This document shows, piece by piece, positions 7,180 to 19,860 of a DNA stretch of 26,052 nucleotides (positions are counted from its first letter, which is position 1; every line of letters starts with the position of its first letter). The position numbers and the translations under genes are program-made. A model generated the notes under the pieces. It searched no databases. It saw only the letters and a program-made list of their open reading frames with translations, and was not told the DNA's origin. This stretch comes from Octopus sinensis. Taxonomy: Eukaryota. The DNA is taken from positions 1 to 26,052 of the forward strand of contig NW_021835626.1 in assembly GCF_006345805.1 (NCBI RefSeq). Direction: 5' to 3'.

Positions 7180-10100
7180 CCTAGTAAGTCTGTAGCTTGT
7201 GCAGAATCCGGTGCTCCCGTAGGTACATCAGCACAAGGTAAATACCTAGTAAGTCTGTAGCATGTGCAGAATCCGGTGCTCCCGTAGGTACATCAGAACA
7301 AGAGAAATACCTAGTCAGTCTGTAGCTTGTGCAGAGTCCGGTGCTCCCGTAGGTACATCAGAACAAGGTAAATACCTAGTAAGTCTGTACCTTGTGCAGA
7401 GTCCGGTGCACCCGTAGGTAAACCAGCATAAGGTAAATACCTAGTAAGTCTGTAGCTTGTTCAGAGTCCGGTGCTCCCGTAGTTACATCAGGAAAAGGTA
7501 AATACCTAGTAAGTCAGTAGCTTGTGCAGAATCCGGTGCTCCCGTAGGTACATCAGAACAAGGTAAATACCTAGTAAGTCTGTAGCTTGTGCAGAGTCCG
7601 GTGCTCCCGTATGTACATCAGAGCAAGGTAAATACCTAGTCAGTCTGTAGCTTGTGTAGAGTCCGGTGCTCCCGTAGGTACATCAGAGCAAGGTAAATAA
7701 CTAGTCAGTCTGTAGCTTGTGAAGAGACCGGTGCTCCCGTAGGTACATCAGAGCAAGGTAAATACCTAGTCAGTCTGTATCTTGTGCAGAGTCCGGTGCT
7801 CCCGTAGGTACATCAGAACAAGGTAAATACCTAGTAAGTCTGTAGCTTGTTCAGAGTCCGGTGCTCCCGTCGTAACATCAGGAAAATGTAAATACCTAGT
7901 AAGTCTGTAGCTTGTGCAGAATCCGGTGCTCCAATAGGTACATCAGAACAAGGTACATACCTAGTAAGTCTGTAGCTTGTGCAGAGTCCGGTTCTCCCGT
8001 AGGTACATCAGAACAAAGTAAATACCTCGTAAGACTTTAGCTTATGCAGAATCCGGTGCTCCTGTAGGTCCATCAGAACAAGGTAAATACCTAGTAAGTC
8101 TATAGCTTGTGCAGAATCCGGTGCTCCCGTATGTACATCAGAACAAGGTAAATACCTAGTAAGTCTGTAGCTTGTGCAGAATCCAGTGCTCCCGTAGGTA
8201 CATCAGAACAGGGTATATACCTAGTAAGTCTGTAGCTTGTGCAGAATCCGGTGCTCCCGTAGGTACAGCAAAACAAGGTAAAATTTTACTAAGTATGTAG
8301 CTTGTGCAGAGACCGGTGCTCCCGTAGGTACATCAGAACAAGGTAAATACCTAGTAAGTCTGTAGCTTGTGCAGAGACCGGTGCTCCCGTAGGTACATCA
8401 GAACAAGGTAAATACCTAGTAAGTCTGTAGCTTGTGCAGAGTCCGGTGCTCCCGTAGGTACATCAGAAAAAGGTAAATACCTAGTAAGTCTGTACCTTGT
8501 GCAGAGTCCGGTGCTCCCGTAGGTACATCAGAAAAAGGTAAATACCTAGTAAGTCTTTAAATTGTGCAGAATCTTGTGCGCTCGTAGGCACATCAGAACA
8601 AGGTAAATACCTAGACAGTCTGTATCTTGTGCAGAGTCCGGTGCTCCCGTAGGTACATCAGAGCAAGGTAAATACCTAGTCAGTCAGTATCATGTGCAGA
8701 GTCCGGTGCTCCCGTAGGTACATCAGAACAAGGTAAATACCTAGTAAGTCTGTAGCTTGTGCAGAGTCCGGTGCTCCCGTATGTACATCAGAACAAGGTA
8801 AATAGCTAGTAAGTATGTAGCTTGTGCAGAGTCCGGTGCTCCCGTAGGTACATCAGAACAATGTAAATACCTAGTAAGTCTGTAGCTTGTGCAGAATCCG
8901 TTGCTCCCGTAGGTACATCAAAACAAGGTAAATACCTAGTAAGTCTGCAGCTTGTGCAGAATCCGGTGCTCACGTAGGTACATAAGAACAAGGTAAATAC
9001 CTAGTAAGTCTGTAGCTTGTGCAGAGTCCGTTGCTCCCGTAGGTACATCAGAACAAGTTAAATACGTAGTAAGTCTGTAGCTTGTGCAGAGTCCGGTTCT
9101 CCCGTAGGTACATCAGAACAAAGTAAATACCACGTAAGACTTTAGCTTATGCAGAATCCGGTGCTCCTGTAGGTCCATCAGAACAAGGTAAATACCTAGT
9201 AAGTCTATAGCTTGTGCAGAATCCGGTGCTCCCGTATGTACATCAGAACAAGGTAAATAACTAGAAAAGTCTGTAGCTTGTGCAGAATCCGCTGCTCCCG
9301 TAGGTACATCAAAACAGGGTATATACCTAGTAAGTCTGTAGCTTGTGCAGAATCCGGTGCTCCCGTAGGTACATAGGGAACAAGGTAAATATCTAGTCAG
9401 TCTGTAGCTTGTGCAGAGTCCGGTGTTCCCGTAGGTAAATCAGAACAAGATAAATACCTAGTAAGTCTGTAGCTTTTGCAGAATCCGGTGCTCCCGTAGG
9501 TACATCAGAACAAGGTAAATACCTAGTAAGTCTGTACTTTGTGCAGAGTCCGGTGCTCCCGTAGTTACATCAGAAAATGTAAATAGCTAGTAAGTCTGCA
9601 GCTTTTGCAGAGACCGGTGCTCTCGTAGGTACATCAGAAAAATGTAAATATCTAGTAAGTCTGTAGCTTGTGCAGAGTCCGGTGCTCCCGTAGGTACATC
9701 AGAACAAGGTAAATACCTAGTAAGTCTGTACCTTGTGCAGAGTCCGGTGCTCCCGTAGGTACATCAGAACAAGGTAAATACCTAGTAAATCTTTAAATTG
9801 TGCAGAATCCGGGGCGCTCGTATGCACAACAGAACAAGTTATATACCTAGTAAGTCTGTAGCTTGTGCAGAGTCCGGTGCTCCCGTATGTACGTCAGAAC
9901 AAGGTAAATACCTAGTAAGTCTGTAGCTTGTGCAGAATCCGGTGCTCCCGTAGGTACATCAGCACAAGGTAAATACCTAGTAAGTCTGTAGCATGTGCAG
10001 AATCCGGTGCTCCCGTAGGTACATCAGAACAAGAGAAATACCTAGTCAGTCTGTAGCTTGTGCAGAGTCCGGTGCTCCCGTAGGTACATCAGAACAAGGT

Positions 10101-12640
10101 AAATACCTAGTAAGTCTGTACCTTGTGCAGAGTCCGGTGCACCCGTAGGTAAACCAGCATAAGGTAAATACCTAGTAAGTCTGTAGCTTGTTCAGAGTCC
10201 GGTGCTCCCGTAGTTACATCAGGAAAAGGTAAATACCTAGTAAGTCAGTAGCTTGTGCAGAATCCGGTGCTCCCGTAGGTACATCAGAACAAGGTAAATA
10301 CCTAGTAAGTCTGTAGCTTGTGCAGAGTCCGGTGCTCCCGTATGTACATCAGAGCAAGGTAAATACCTAGTCAGTCTGTAGCTTGTGTAGAGTCCGGTGC
10401 TCCCGTAGGTACATCAGAGCAAGGTAAATAACTAGTCAGTCTGTAGCTTGTGAAGAGACCGGTGCCGTAGGTACATCAGAGCAAGGTAAATACCTAGTCA
10501 GTCTGTATCTTGTGCAGAGTCCGGTGCTCCGTAGGTACATCAGAACAAGGTAAATACCTAGTAAGTGTCTGTAGCTTGTTCAGAGTCCGGTGCTCCGTCG
10601 TAACATCAGGAAAATGTAAATACCTAGTAAGTCTGTAGCTTGTGCAGAATCCGGTGCTCCAATAGGTACATCAGAACAAGGTACATACCTAGTAAGTCTG
10701 TAGCTTGTGCAGAGTCCGGTCTCCCGTAGGTACATCAGAACAAAGTAAATACCTCGTAAGACTTAGCTTATGCAGAATCCGGTGCTCCTGTAGGTCCATC
10801 AGAACAAGGTAAATACCTAGTAAGTCTATAGCTTGTGCAGAATCCGGTGCTCCGTTTGTACATCAGAACAAGGTAAATACTAGTAAGTCTGTAGCTTGTG
10901 CAGAATCCAGTGCTCCCGTAGGTACATCAGAACAGGTATATACCTAGTAAGTCTGTAGCTTGTGCAGAATCCGGTGCTCCCGTAGGTACAGCAAAACAAG
11001 GTAAAATTTTACTAAGTATGTAGCTTGTGCAGAGACCGGTGCTCCCGTAGGTACATCAGAACAAGGTAAATACCTAGTAAGTCTGTAGCTTGCAGAGACC
11101 GGTGCTCCCGTAGGTACATCAGAACAAGTAAATACCTAGTAAGTCTGTAGCTTGTGCAGAGTCCGGTGCTCCCGTAGGTACATCAGAAAAAGGTAAATAC
11201 CTAGTAAGTCTGTACCTTGTGCAGAGTCCGGTGCTCCCGTAGGTACATCAGAAAAAGGTAAATACCTAGTAAGTCTTTAAATTGTGCAGAATCTTGTGCG
11301 CTCGTAGGCACATCAGAACAAGGTAAATACCTAGACAGTCTGTATCTTGTGCAGAGTCCGGTGCTCCCGTAGGTACATCAGAGCAAGGTAAATACCTAGT
11401 CAGTCAGTATCATGTGCAGAGTCCGGTGCTCCCGTAGGTACATCAGAACAAGGTAAATACCTAGTAAGTCTGTAGCTTGTGCAGAGTCCGGTGCTCCCGT
11501 ATGTACATCAGAACAAGGTAAATAGCTAGTAAGTATGTAGCTTGTGCAGAGTCCGGTGCTCCCGTAGGTAACATCAGAACAATGTAAATACCTAGTAAGT
11601 CTGTAGCTTGTGCAGAATCCGTTGCTCCCGTAGGTAAATCAAACAAGGTAAATAACTAGTAAGTCTGCAGCTTGTGCAGAATCCGGTGCTCACGTAGGTA
11701 CATAAGAACAAGGTAAATACCTAGTAAGTCTGTAGCTTGTGCAGAGTCCGTTGCTCCCGTAGGTACATCAGAACAAGTTAAATACGTAGTAAGTCTGTAG
11801 CTTGTGCAGAGTCCGGTTCTCCCGTAGGTACATCAGAACAAAGTAAATACCACGTAAGACTTTAGCTTATGCAGAATCCGGTGCTCCTGTAGGTCCATCA
11901 GAACAAGGTAAATACCTAGTAAGTCTATAGCTTGTGCAGAATCCGGTGCTCCCGTATGTACATCAGAACAAGGTAATAACTAGAAAAGTCTGTAGCTGTG
12001 CAGAATCCGCTGCTCCGTAGGTACATCAAAACAGGGTATATACCTAGTAAGTCTGTAGCTTGTGCAGAATCCGGTGCTCCCGTAGGTACATAGGGAACAA
12101 GGTAAATATCTAGTCAGTCTGTAGCTTGTGCAGAGTCCGGTGTTCCCGTAGGTAAATCAGAACAAGATAAATACCTAGTAAGTCTGTAGCTTTTGCAGAA
12201 TCCGGTGCTCCCGTAGGTACATCAGAACAAGGTAAATACCTAGTAAGTCTGTACTTTGTGCAGAGTCCGGTGCTCCCGTAGTTACATCAGAAAATGTAAA
12301 TAGCTAGTAAGTCTGCAGCTTTTGCAGAGACCGGTGCTCTCGTAGGTACATCAGAAAAATGTAAATATCTAGTAAGTCTGTAGCTTGTGCAGAGTCGTGC
12401 TCCGTACGTAGGTACATCAGAACAAGGTAAATACCTAGTAAGTCTGTACCTGTGCGAGTCCGGTGCTCCCGTAGGTACATCAGAACAAGGTAAATACCTA
12501 GTAGTAAATTTAAATTGTGCAGAATCCGGGGCGCTCGTATGCACAACAGAACAAGTTTATAACTAGTAAGTATGTGTTGTGCGTGCAGAGTCCGGTGCTC
12601 CCGTATGTACGTCAGAACAGGTAAATACCTAGTAAGTCTG
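7180..12640. repeat. Tandem duplication of a 42-monomer (~2.73 kb) block: ~7180-9910 and ~9911-12640
   Basis: Rare variants recur at offset 2731: GCACAAGG 7231/9962, AACCAGCATA 7421/10152, GAAGAGACC 7721/10452. The offset falls to 2717 by GGGGCG 9811/12528. The junction lies between 9893 and 9925. Confidence 0.9.
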
Positions 12641-15600
12641 TACCTTGTGCAGAGTCCGGTGCTCCCGTAGGTACGTCAGAAAAAGGTAAATACCTAGTAA
12701 GTCTTTAGCTTGTGCAGAATCTGGTGCTCTCGTAGGTACATCAGAACAAGGTAAATACCTAGTAAGTCTGTAGCTTGTGCAGAATCCGCTGCTCCGGTAG
12801 GTACATCAGAACAAGGTAAATACCTAGTAAGTCTGCAGCTTGTGCAGAATCCGGTGCTCACGTAGGTACATAAGAACAAGGTAAATACCAGTAAGTCTGT
12901 AGCTTGTGCAGAGTCCGTTATTCCCGTAGGTACATCAGAACAAGTTAAATACCTAGTAAGTCTGTAGCTTGTGCAGAGTCCGGTTCTCCCGTAGGTACAT
13001 CAGAACAAAGTAAATACCTCGTAAGACTTTAGCTTATGCAGAATCCGGTGCTCCTGTAGGTCCATCAGAACAAGGTAAATACCTAGTAAGTCTATAGCTT
13101 GTTCAGAATCCGGTGCTCCCGTATGTACATCAAAACAAGGTAAATACCTAGTAAGTCTGTAGCTTGTGCAGAATCCGGTGCTCCCGTAGGTACATCAGAA
13201 CAGGGTATATACCTAGTAAGTCTGTACTTTGTGCAGATTCCGGTGCTCCCGTAGGTACATCAGAAAATGTAAATACCTAGTAAGTCTGCAGCTTTTGCAG
13301 AGACCGGTGCTCCCGTAGGTACATCAGAAAAATGTAAATTTCTAGTAAGTCTGTAGCTTGTGCAGAGTCCGGTGCTCCCGTAGGTACATCAGAACAAGGT
13401 AAATACCAAGTAAGTCTGTAACTTGTGCAGAGTCCGGTGCTCCCGTAGGTACATCAGAACAAGGTAAATACCTAGTAAGTCTTTAGCTTGTGCAGAATCC
13501 GGTGCGCTCGTAGGCACATCAGAACAAGGTATATACCTAGTAAGTCTGTAGCTTGTGCAGAGTCCGGTGCTCCCGTATGTACGTCAGAACAAGGTAAATA
13601 CCTAGTAAGTCTGTACCTTGTGCAGAGTCCGGTGCTCCCGTAGGTACGTCAGAAAAAGGTAAATACCTAGTAAGTCTTTAGCTTGTGCAGAATCTGGTGC
13701 TCTCGTAGGTACATCAGAACAAGGTAAATACCTAGTAAGTCTGTAGCTTGTGCAGAATCCGCTTCTCCCGTAGGTACATCACAACAAGGTAAATACCTAG
13801 TAAGTCTGTACCTTGTGCAGAGTCCGGTGCTCCCGTAGGTACATCAGAAAAAGGTAAATACCTAGTTAGTCTTTAAATTGTGCAGAATCAGGTGCGCTCG
13901 TAGGCACATCAGAACAAGGTATATACCTAGTAAGTCTGTTGCTTGTGCAGAGTCCGGTGCTCCCGTATGTACATCAGAACAAGGTAGATAACTAGTAAGT
14001 CTGAACCTTGTACAGAGTCCGGTGCTCCCGTAGGTACATCAGAAAAAGGTAAATACCTAGTAAGTCTTTAGCTTGTGCAGAATCCGGTGCTCTCGTAGGT
14101 ACATCAGAACATGGTAAATACCTAGTAAGTCTGTAGCTTGTGCAGAATCCGCTGCTCCCGTAGGTACATCAGAACAAGGTAAATACCTAGTAAGTCTGTA
14201 GCTTGTGCAGAATCCGGTGTTCCCGTAGCTACATCAGAGCAAGGTAAATACCTAGTCAGTCAGTATCATGTGCAGAGTCCGGTGCTCCCGTAGGTACATC
14301 AGAACAAGGTAAATAGCTAGTAAGTATGTAGCTTGTGCAGAGTCCGGTGCTCCCGAAGGTACATCAGAGAAAGGTAAATACCTAGTCAGGCTGTAGCTTG
14401 TGCAGAGTCCGGTGCTCCCGTAGGTACATCAGAACAAGATAAATACCTAGTAAGTCTGTAGCTTGTGCAGAGTCCGGTGCGCCCGTAGTTACATAGGGAA
14501 CTAGGTAAATATCTAGTAAGTCTGTAGCTTGTGCAGAGTCCGGTGCTCCCGTAGGTACATCAGAACAAGGTAAAAACCTAGTAAGTCTGTACTTTGTGCA
14601 GAGTCCGGTGCTCCCGTAGGTACATCAGAAAATGTAAATACCTAGTAAGTCTGTAGCTCTTGCAGAGACCGGTGCTCCCGTAGGTACATCAGAAAAAGGT
14701 AAATACCTAGTAAGTCTGTAGCTTGTGCAGAGTCCGGTGCTCCCGTAGGTACATTGGAACAAGGTAAATAACTAGTAAGTCTGTACCTTGTGCAGAGTCC
14801 GGTGCTCCCGTAGGTACATCAGAACAAGGTAAATACCTAGTAAATCTTTAAATTGTGCAGAATCCGGTGCGCTCGTAGGCACATCAGAACAAGGTATATA
14901 CCTAGTAAGTCTGTAGTCTGTGCAGAGTCCGGTGCTCTCGTAGGTACATCAGAACAAGGTAAATACCTAGTAAGTCTGTAGCTTGTGCAGAATCCGCTGC
15001 ACCCGTAGGTACATAAGAACAAGATAAATACCTAGTAAGTCTGTAGCTTGTGCAGAATCCGGTGTTCCCGTAGGTACATCAGAGCAAGGTAAATACCTAG
15101 ACAGTCTGTATCTTGTGCAGAGTCCGGTGCTCCCGTAGGTACATCGGAGCAAGGTAAATAACTAGTCAGTCTGTAGCTTGTGAAGAGACCGGTGCTCCCG
15201 TAGGTACATCAGAGCAAGGTAAATACCTAGTCAGTCTGTATCTTGTGCAGAGTCCGGTGCTCCCGTAGGTACATCAGAACAAGGTAAATACCTAGTAGTA
15301 AGTCTAGTAGCTTGTTCAGAGTCCGGTGCTCCCGTCGTAACATCAGGAAATGTAAATACCTAGTAAGTCTGTAGCTTGTGCAGATCCGGTGCTCCATAGG
15401 TACATCAGAACAAGGTACATACCTAGTAAGTCTGTAGCTTGTGCAGAGTCCGGTTCCCGTAGGTACATCAGAACAAAGTAAATACCTCGTAAGACTTTAG
15501 CTTATGCAGAATCGGTGCTCCTGTAGGTCCATCAGAACAAGGTAAATACCTAGTAAGTCTATAGCTTGTGCAGAATCCGGTGCTCCGTATGTACATCAGA

Positions 15601-18600
15601 ACAAGGTAAATCCTAGTAAGTCGTAGCTTGTGCAGAATCCAGTGCTCCCGTAGGTACATCAGAACAGGGTATATACCTAGTAAGTCTGTAGCTTGTGCAG
15701 AATCCGGTGCTCCCGTAGGTACAGCAAAACAAGGTAAAATTTTACTAAGTATGTAGCTTGTGCAGAGACCGGTGCTCCCGTAGGTACATCAGAACAAGGT
15801 AAATACCTAGTAAGTCTGTAGCTTGTGCAGAGACCGTGCTCCCGTAGGTACATCAGAACAAGGTAAATACCTAGTAAGTCTGTAGCTTGTGCAGAGTCCG
15901 GTGCTCCCGTAGGTACATCAGAACAAGGTAAAACTAGTAAGTCTGTACCTTGTGCAGAGGTCGGTGCCCGTAGGTACATCAGAAAAAGGTAAATACCTAG
16001 TAAGTCTTTAAATTGTGCAGAATCTTGTGCGCTCGTAGGCACATCAGAACAAGGTAAATACCTAGACAGTCTGTATCTTGTGCAGAGTCCGGTGCTCCCG
16101 TAGGTACATCAGAGCAAGGTAAATACCTAGTCAGTCAGTATCATGTGCAGAGTCCGGTGCTCCCGTAGGTACATCAGAACAAGGTAAATACTAGTAAGTC
16201 TGTAGCATGTGCAGAGTCCGGTGCTCTCCGTATGTACATCACAACAAGGTAAATAGCTAGTAAGTATGTAGCTTGTGCAGAGTCCGGTGCTCCGTAGGTA
16301 CATCAGAACAATGTAAATACCTAGTAAGTCTGTAGCTTGTGCAGAATCCGTTGCTCCCGTAGGTACATCAAAACAAGGTAAATACCTAGTAAGTCTGCAG
16401 CTTGTGCAGAATCCGGTGCTCACGTAGGTACATAAGAACAAGTAAATACCTAGTAAGTCTGTAGCTTGTGCAGAGTCCGTGCTCCCGTAGGTACATCGAA
16501 CAAGTTAAATACGTAGTAAGTCTGTAGCTTGTGCAGAGTCCGGTTCTCCCGTTAGGTACATCAGAACAAAGTAAATACCACGTAAGACTTTAGCTTATGC
16601 AGAATCCGGTGCTCTGTAGGTCCATCAGAACAAGGTAAATACCTAGTAAGTCTATAGCTTGTGCAGAATCCGGTGCTCCCGTATGTACATCAGAACAAGG
16701 TAAATAACTAGAAAAGTCTGTAGCTTGTGCAGAATCCGCTGCTCCCGTAGGTACATCAAAACAGGGTATATACCTAGTAAGTCTGTAGCTTGTGCAGAAT
16801 CCGGTGCTCCCGTAGGTACATAGGGAACAAGGTAAATATCTAGTCCGTCTGTAGCTTGTGCAGAGTCCGTGGTTCCCGTAGGTAAATCAGAACAAGATAA
16901 AACCTAGTAAGTCTGTAGCTTTTGCAGAATCCGGTGCTCCCGTAGGTACATCAGAACAAGGTAAATACCTAGTAAGTCTGTACTTTGTGCAGAGTCCGGT
17001 GCTCCCGTAGTTACATCAGAAAATGTAAATAGCTAGTAAGTCTGCAGCTTTTGCAGAGACCGGTGCTCTCGTAGGTACATCAGAAAAATGTAAATATCTA
17101 GTAAGTCTGTAGCTTGTGCAGAGTCCGGTGCTCCCGTAGGTACATCAGAACAAGGTAAATACCTAGTAAGTCTGACCTTGTGCAGAGTCCGGTGCTCCCG
17201 TAGGTACATCAGAACAAGGTAAATACCTAGTAAACTTTAAATTGTGCAGAATCCGGGGCGCTGTATGCACAACAGAATAAGGTATATACCTAGTAAGTCT
17301 GTAGCTTGTGCAGAGTCCGGTGCTCCCGTATGTACGTCAGAACAAGGTAAATACCTAGTAAGGCTGTACTTGTGCAGAGTCCGGTGCTCCCGTAGGTACG
17401 TCAGAAAAAGGTAAATACCTAGTAAGTCTTTAGCTTGTGCAGAATCTGGTGCTCTCGTAGGTACATCAGAACAAGGTAAATACCTAGTAAGTCTGTAGCT
17501 TGTGCAGAATCCGCTGCCCGTAGGTACATCAGAACAAGGTAAATACCTAGTAAGTCTGCAGCTGTGCAGAATCCTCGGTGCTCACGTAGGTACATAAGAA
17601 CAAGGTAAATACCAGTAAGTCTGTAGCTTGTGCAGAGTCCGTTATTCCCGTAGGTACATCAGAACAAGTTATAATACCTAGTAAGTCTGTAGCTTGTGCA
17701 GAGTCCAGTTCTCCGTAGGTACATCAGAACAAAGTAAATACCTCGTAAGACTAGCTTATGCAGAATCCGGTGCTCCTGTAGGTCCATCAGAACAAGGTAA
17801 ATACTAGTAAGTCTATAGCTGTTCAGAATCCGGTGCTCCCGTATTACATCAAAACAAGGTAAATACCTAGAAGTCTGTAGCTTGTGCAGAATCCGGTGCT
17901 CCCGTAGGTACATCAGAACAGGGTATATACCTAGTAAGTCTGTACTTTGTGCAGATTCCGGTGCTCCCGTAGGTACATCAGAAAATGTAAATACCTAGTA
18001 AGTCTGCAGCTTTTGCAGAGACCGGTGCTCCCGTAGGTACATCAGAAAAATGTAAATATCTAGTAAGTCTGTAGCTTGTGCAGAGTCCGGTGCTCCCGTA
18101 GGTACATCAGAACAAGGTAAATACCAAGTAAGTCTGTAACTTGTGCAGAGTCCGGTGCTCCCGTAGGTACATCAGAACAAGGTAAATACCTAGTAAATCT
18201 TTAAATTGTGCAGAATCCGGTGCGCTCGTAGGCACATCAGAACAAGGTATATACCTAGTAAGTCTGTAGCTTGTGCAGAGTCCGGTGCTCCCGTAGGTAC
18301 ATCAGAAAAGTTAAATACCTAGTAAGTCTGTACCTTGTGCAGAGTCCGGTGCTCCGTAGGTACGTCAGAAAAAGGTAAATACCTAGTAAGTCTTAGCTTG
18401 TGCAAGAATCTGGTGCTCTCGTAGGTACATCAGAACAGGTAATACTACTAGTAAGTCTGTAGCTTGTGCAGAATCCGCTTCTCCGTAGGTACATCACAAC
18501 AAGGTAAATACCTAGTAAGTCTGTACCTTGGTGCAGAGTCCGGTGCTCCCGTAGGTACATCAGAAAAAGGTAAATACATAGTTAGTCTAAATTGTGCAGA

Positions 18601-19860
18601 ATCAGGTGCGCTCTAGGCACATCAGAACAAGGTATATACCTAGTAAGTCTGTTGTGGCAGAGTCCGGTGCTCCCGTATGTACATCAGAACAAGGTAGATA
18701 ACTAGTAAGTCTGAACTTGTACAGAGTCGGTGCTCCGTAGGTAATCAGAAAAAGGTAAATACTAGTAAGTCTTTAGCTTGTGCAGAATCCGGTGCTCTCG
18801 TAGGTACATCAGAAACATGGTAATACCTAGTAAGTCTGTAGCTTGTGCAGAATCCGCTGCTCCCGTAGGTACATCAGAACAAGGTAAATACCTAGTAAGT
18901 CTGTAGCTTGTGCAGAATCCGGGTTCCCGTAGCTACATCAGAGCAAGGTAAATACCTAGTCAGTCAGTATCATGTGCAGAGTCCGGTGCTCCGTAGGTAC
19001 ATCAGAACAAGGTAAATAGCTAGTAAGTATGTAGCTTGTGCAGAGTCCGGTGCTCCCGAAGGTACATCAGAGAAAGGTAAATACCTAGTCAGGCTGTAGC
19101 TTGTGCAGAGTCCGGTGCTCCCGTAGGTACATCAGAACAAGATAAATACCTAGTAAGTCTGTAGCTTGTGCAGAGTCCGGTGCGCCCGTAGTTACATAGG
19201 GAACTAGGTAAATATCTAGTAAGTCTGTAGCTTGTGCAGAGTCCGGTGCTCCCGTAGGTACATCAGAACAAGGTAAAAACCTAGTAAGTCTGTACTTTGT
19301 GCAGAGTCCGGTGCTCCCGTAGGTACATCAGAAAATGTAAATACCTAGTAAGTCTGTAGCTCTTGCAGAGACCGGTGCTCCCGTAGGTACATCAGAAAAA
19401 GGTAAATACCTAGTAAGTCTGTAGCTTGTGCAGAGTCCGGTGCTCCCGTAGGTACATCAGAACAAGGTAAATAACTAGTAAGTCTGTACCTTGTGCAGAG
19501 TCCGGTGCTCCCGTAGGTACATCAGAACAAGGTAAATACCTAGTAAATCTTTAAATTGTGCAGAATCCGGTGCGCTCGTAGGCACATCAGAACAAGGTAT
19601 ATACCTAGTAAGTCGTAGTCTGTGCAGAGTCCGTGCTCTCGTAGGTACATCAGAACAAGGTAAATACCTAGTAAGTCTGTAGCTTGTGCAGAATCCGCTG
19701 CACCCGTAGGTACATAAGAACAAGATAAATACCTAGTAAGTCTGTAGCTTGTGCAGAATCCGGTGTTCCCGTAGGTACATCAGAGCAAGGTAAATACCTA
19801 GACAGTCTGTATCTTGTGCAGAGTCCGGTGCTCCCGTAGGTACATCAGAGCAAGGTAAAT
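10400..19860. repeat. Tandem duplication of a 73-monomer (~4.73 kb) block: ~10400-15140 and ~15140-19860
   Basis: Markers: GAAGAGACC 10452/15182, AGGTACAGCA 10984/15717, GTTATTCCC 12917/17641, AAGGTAGATA 13981/18691, TCCCGAAGG 14351/19054, ACAGTC 15101/19802. The offset drifts from 4730 to 4701. The junction lies between 15119 and 15160. Confidence 0.9.
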
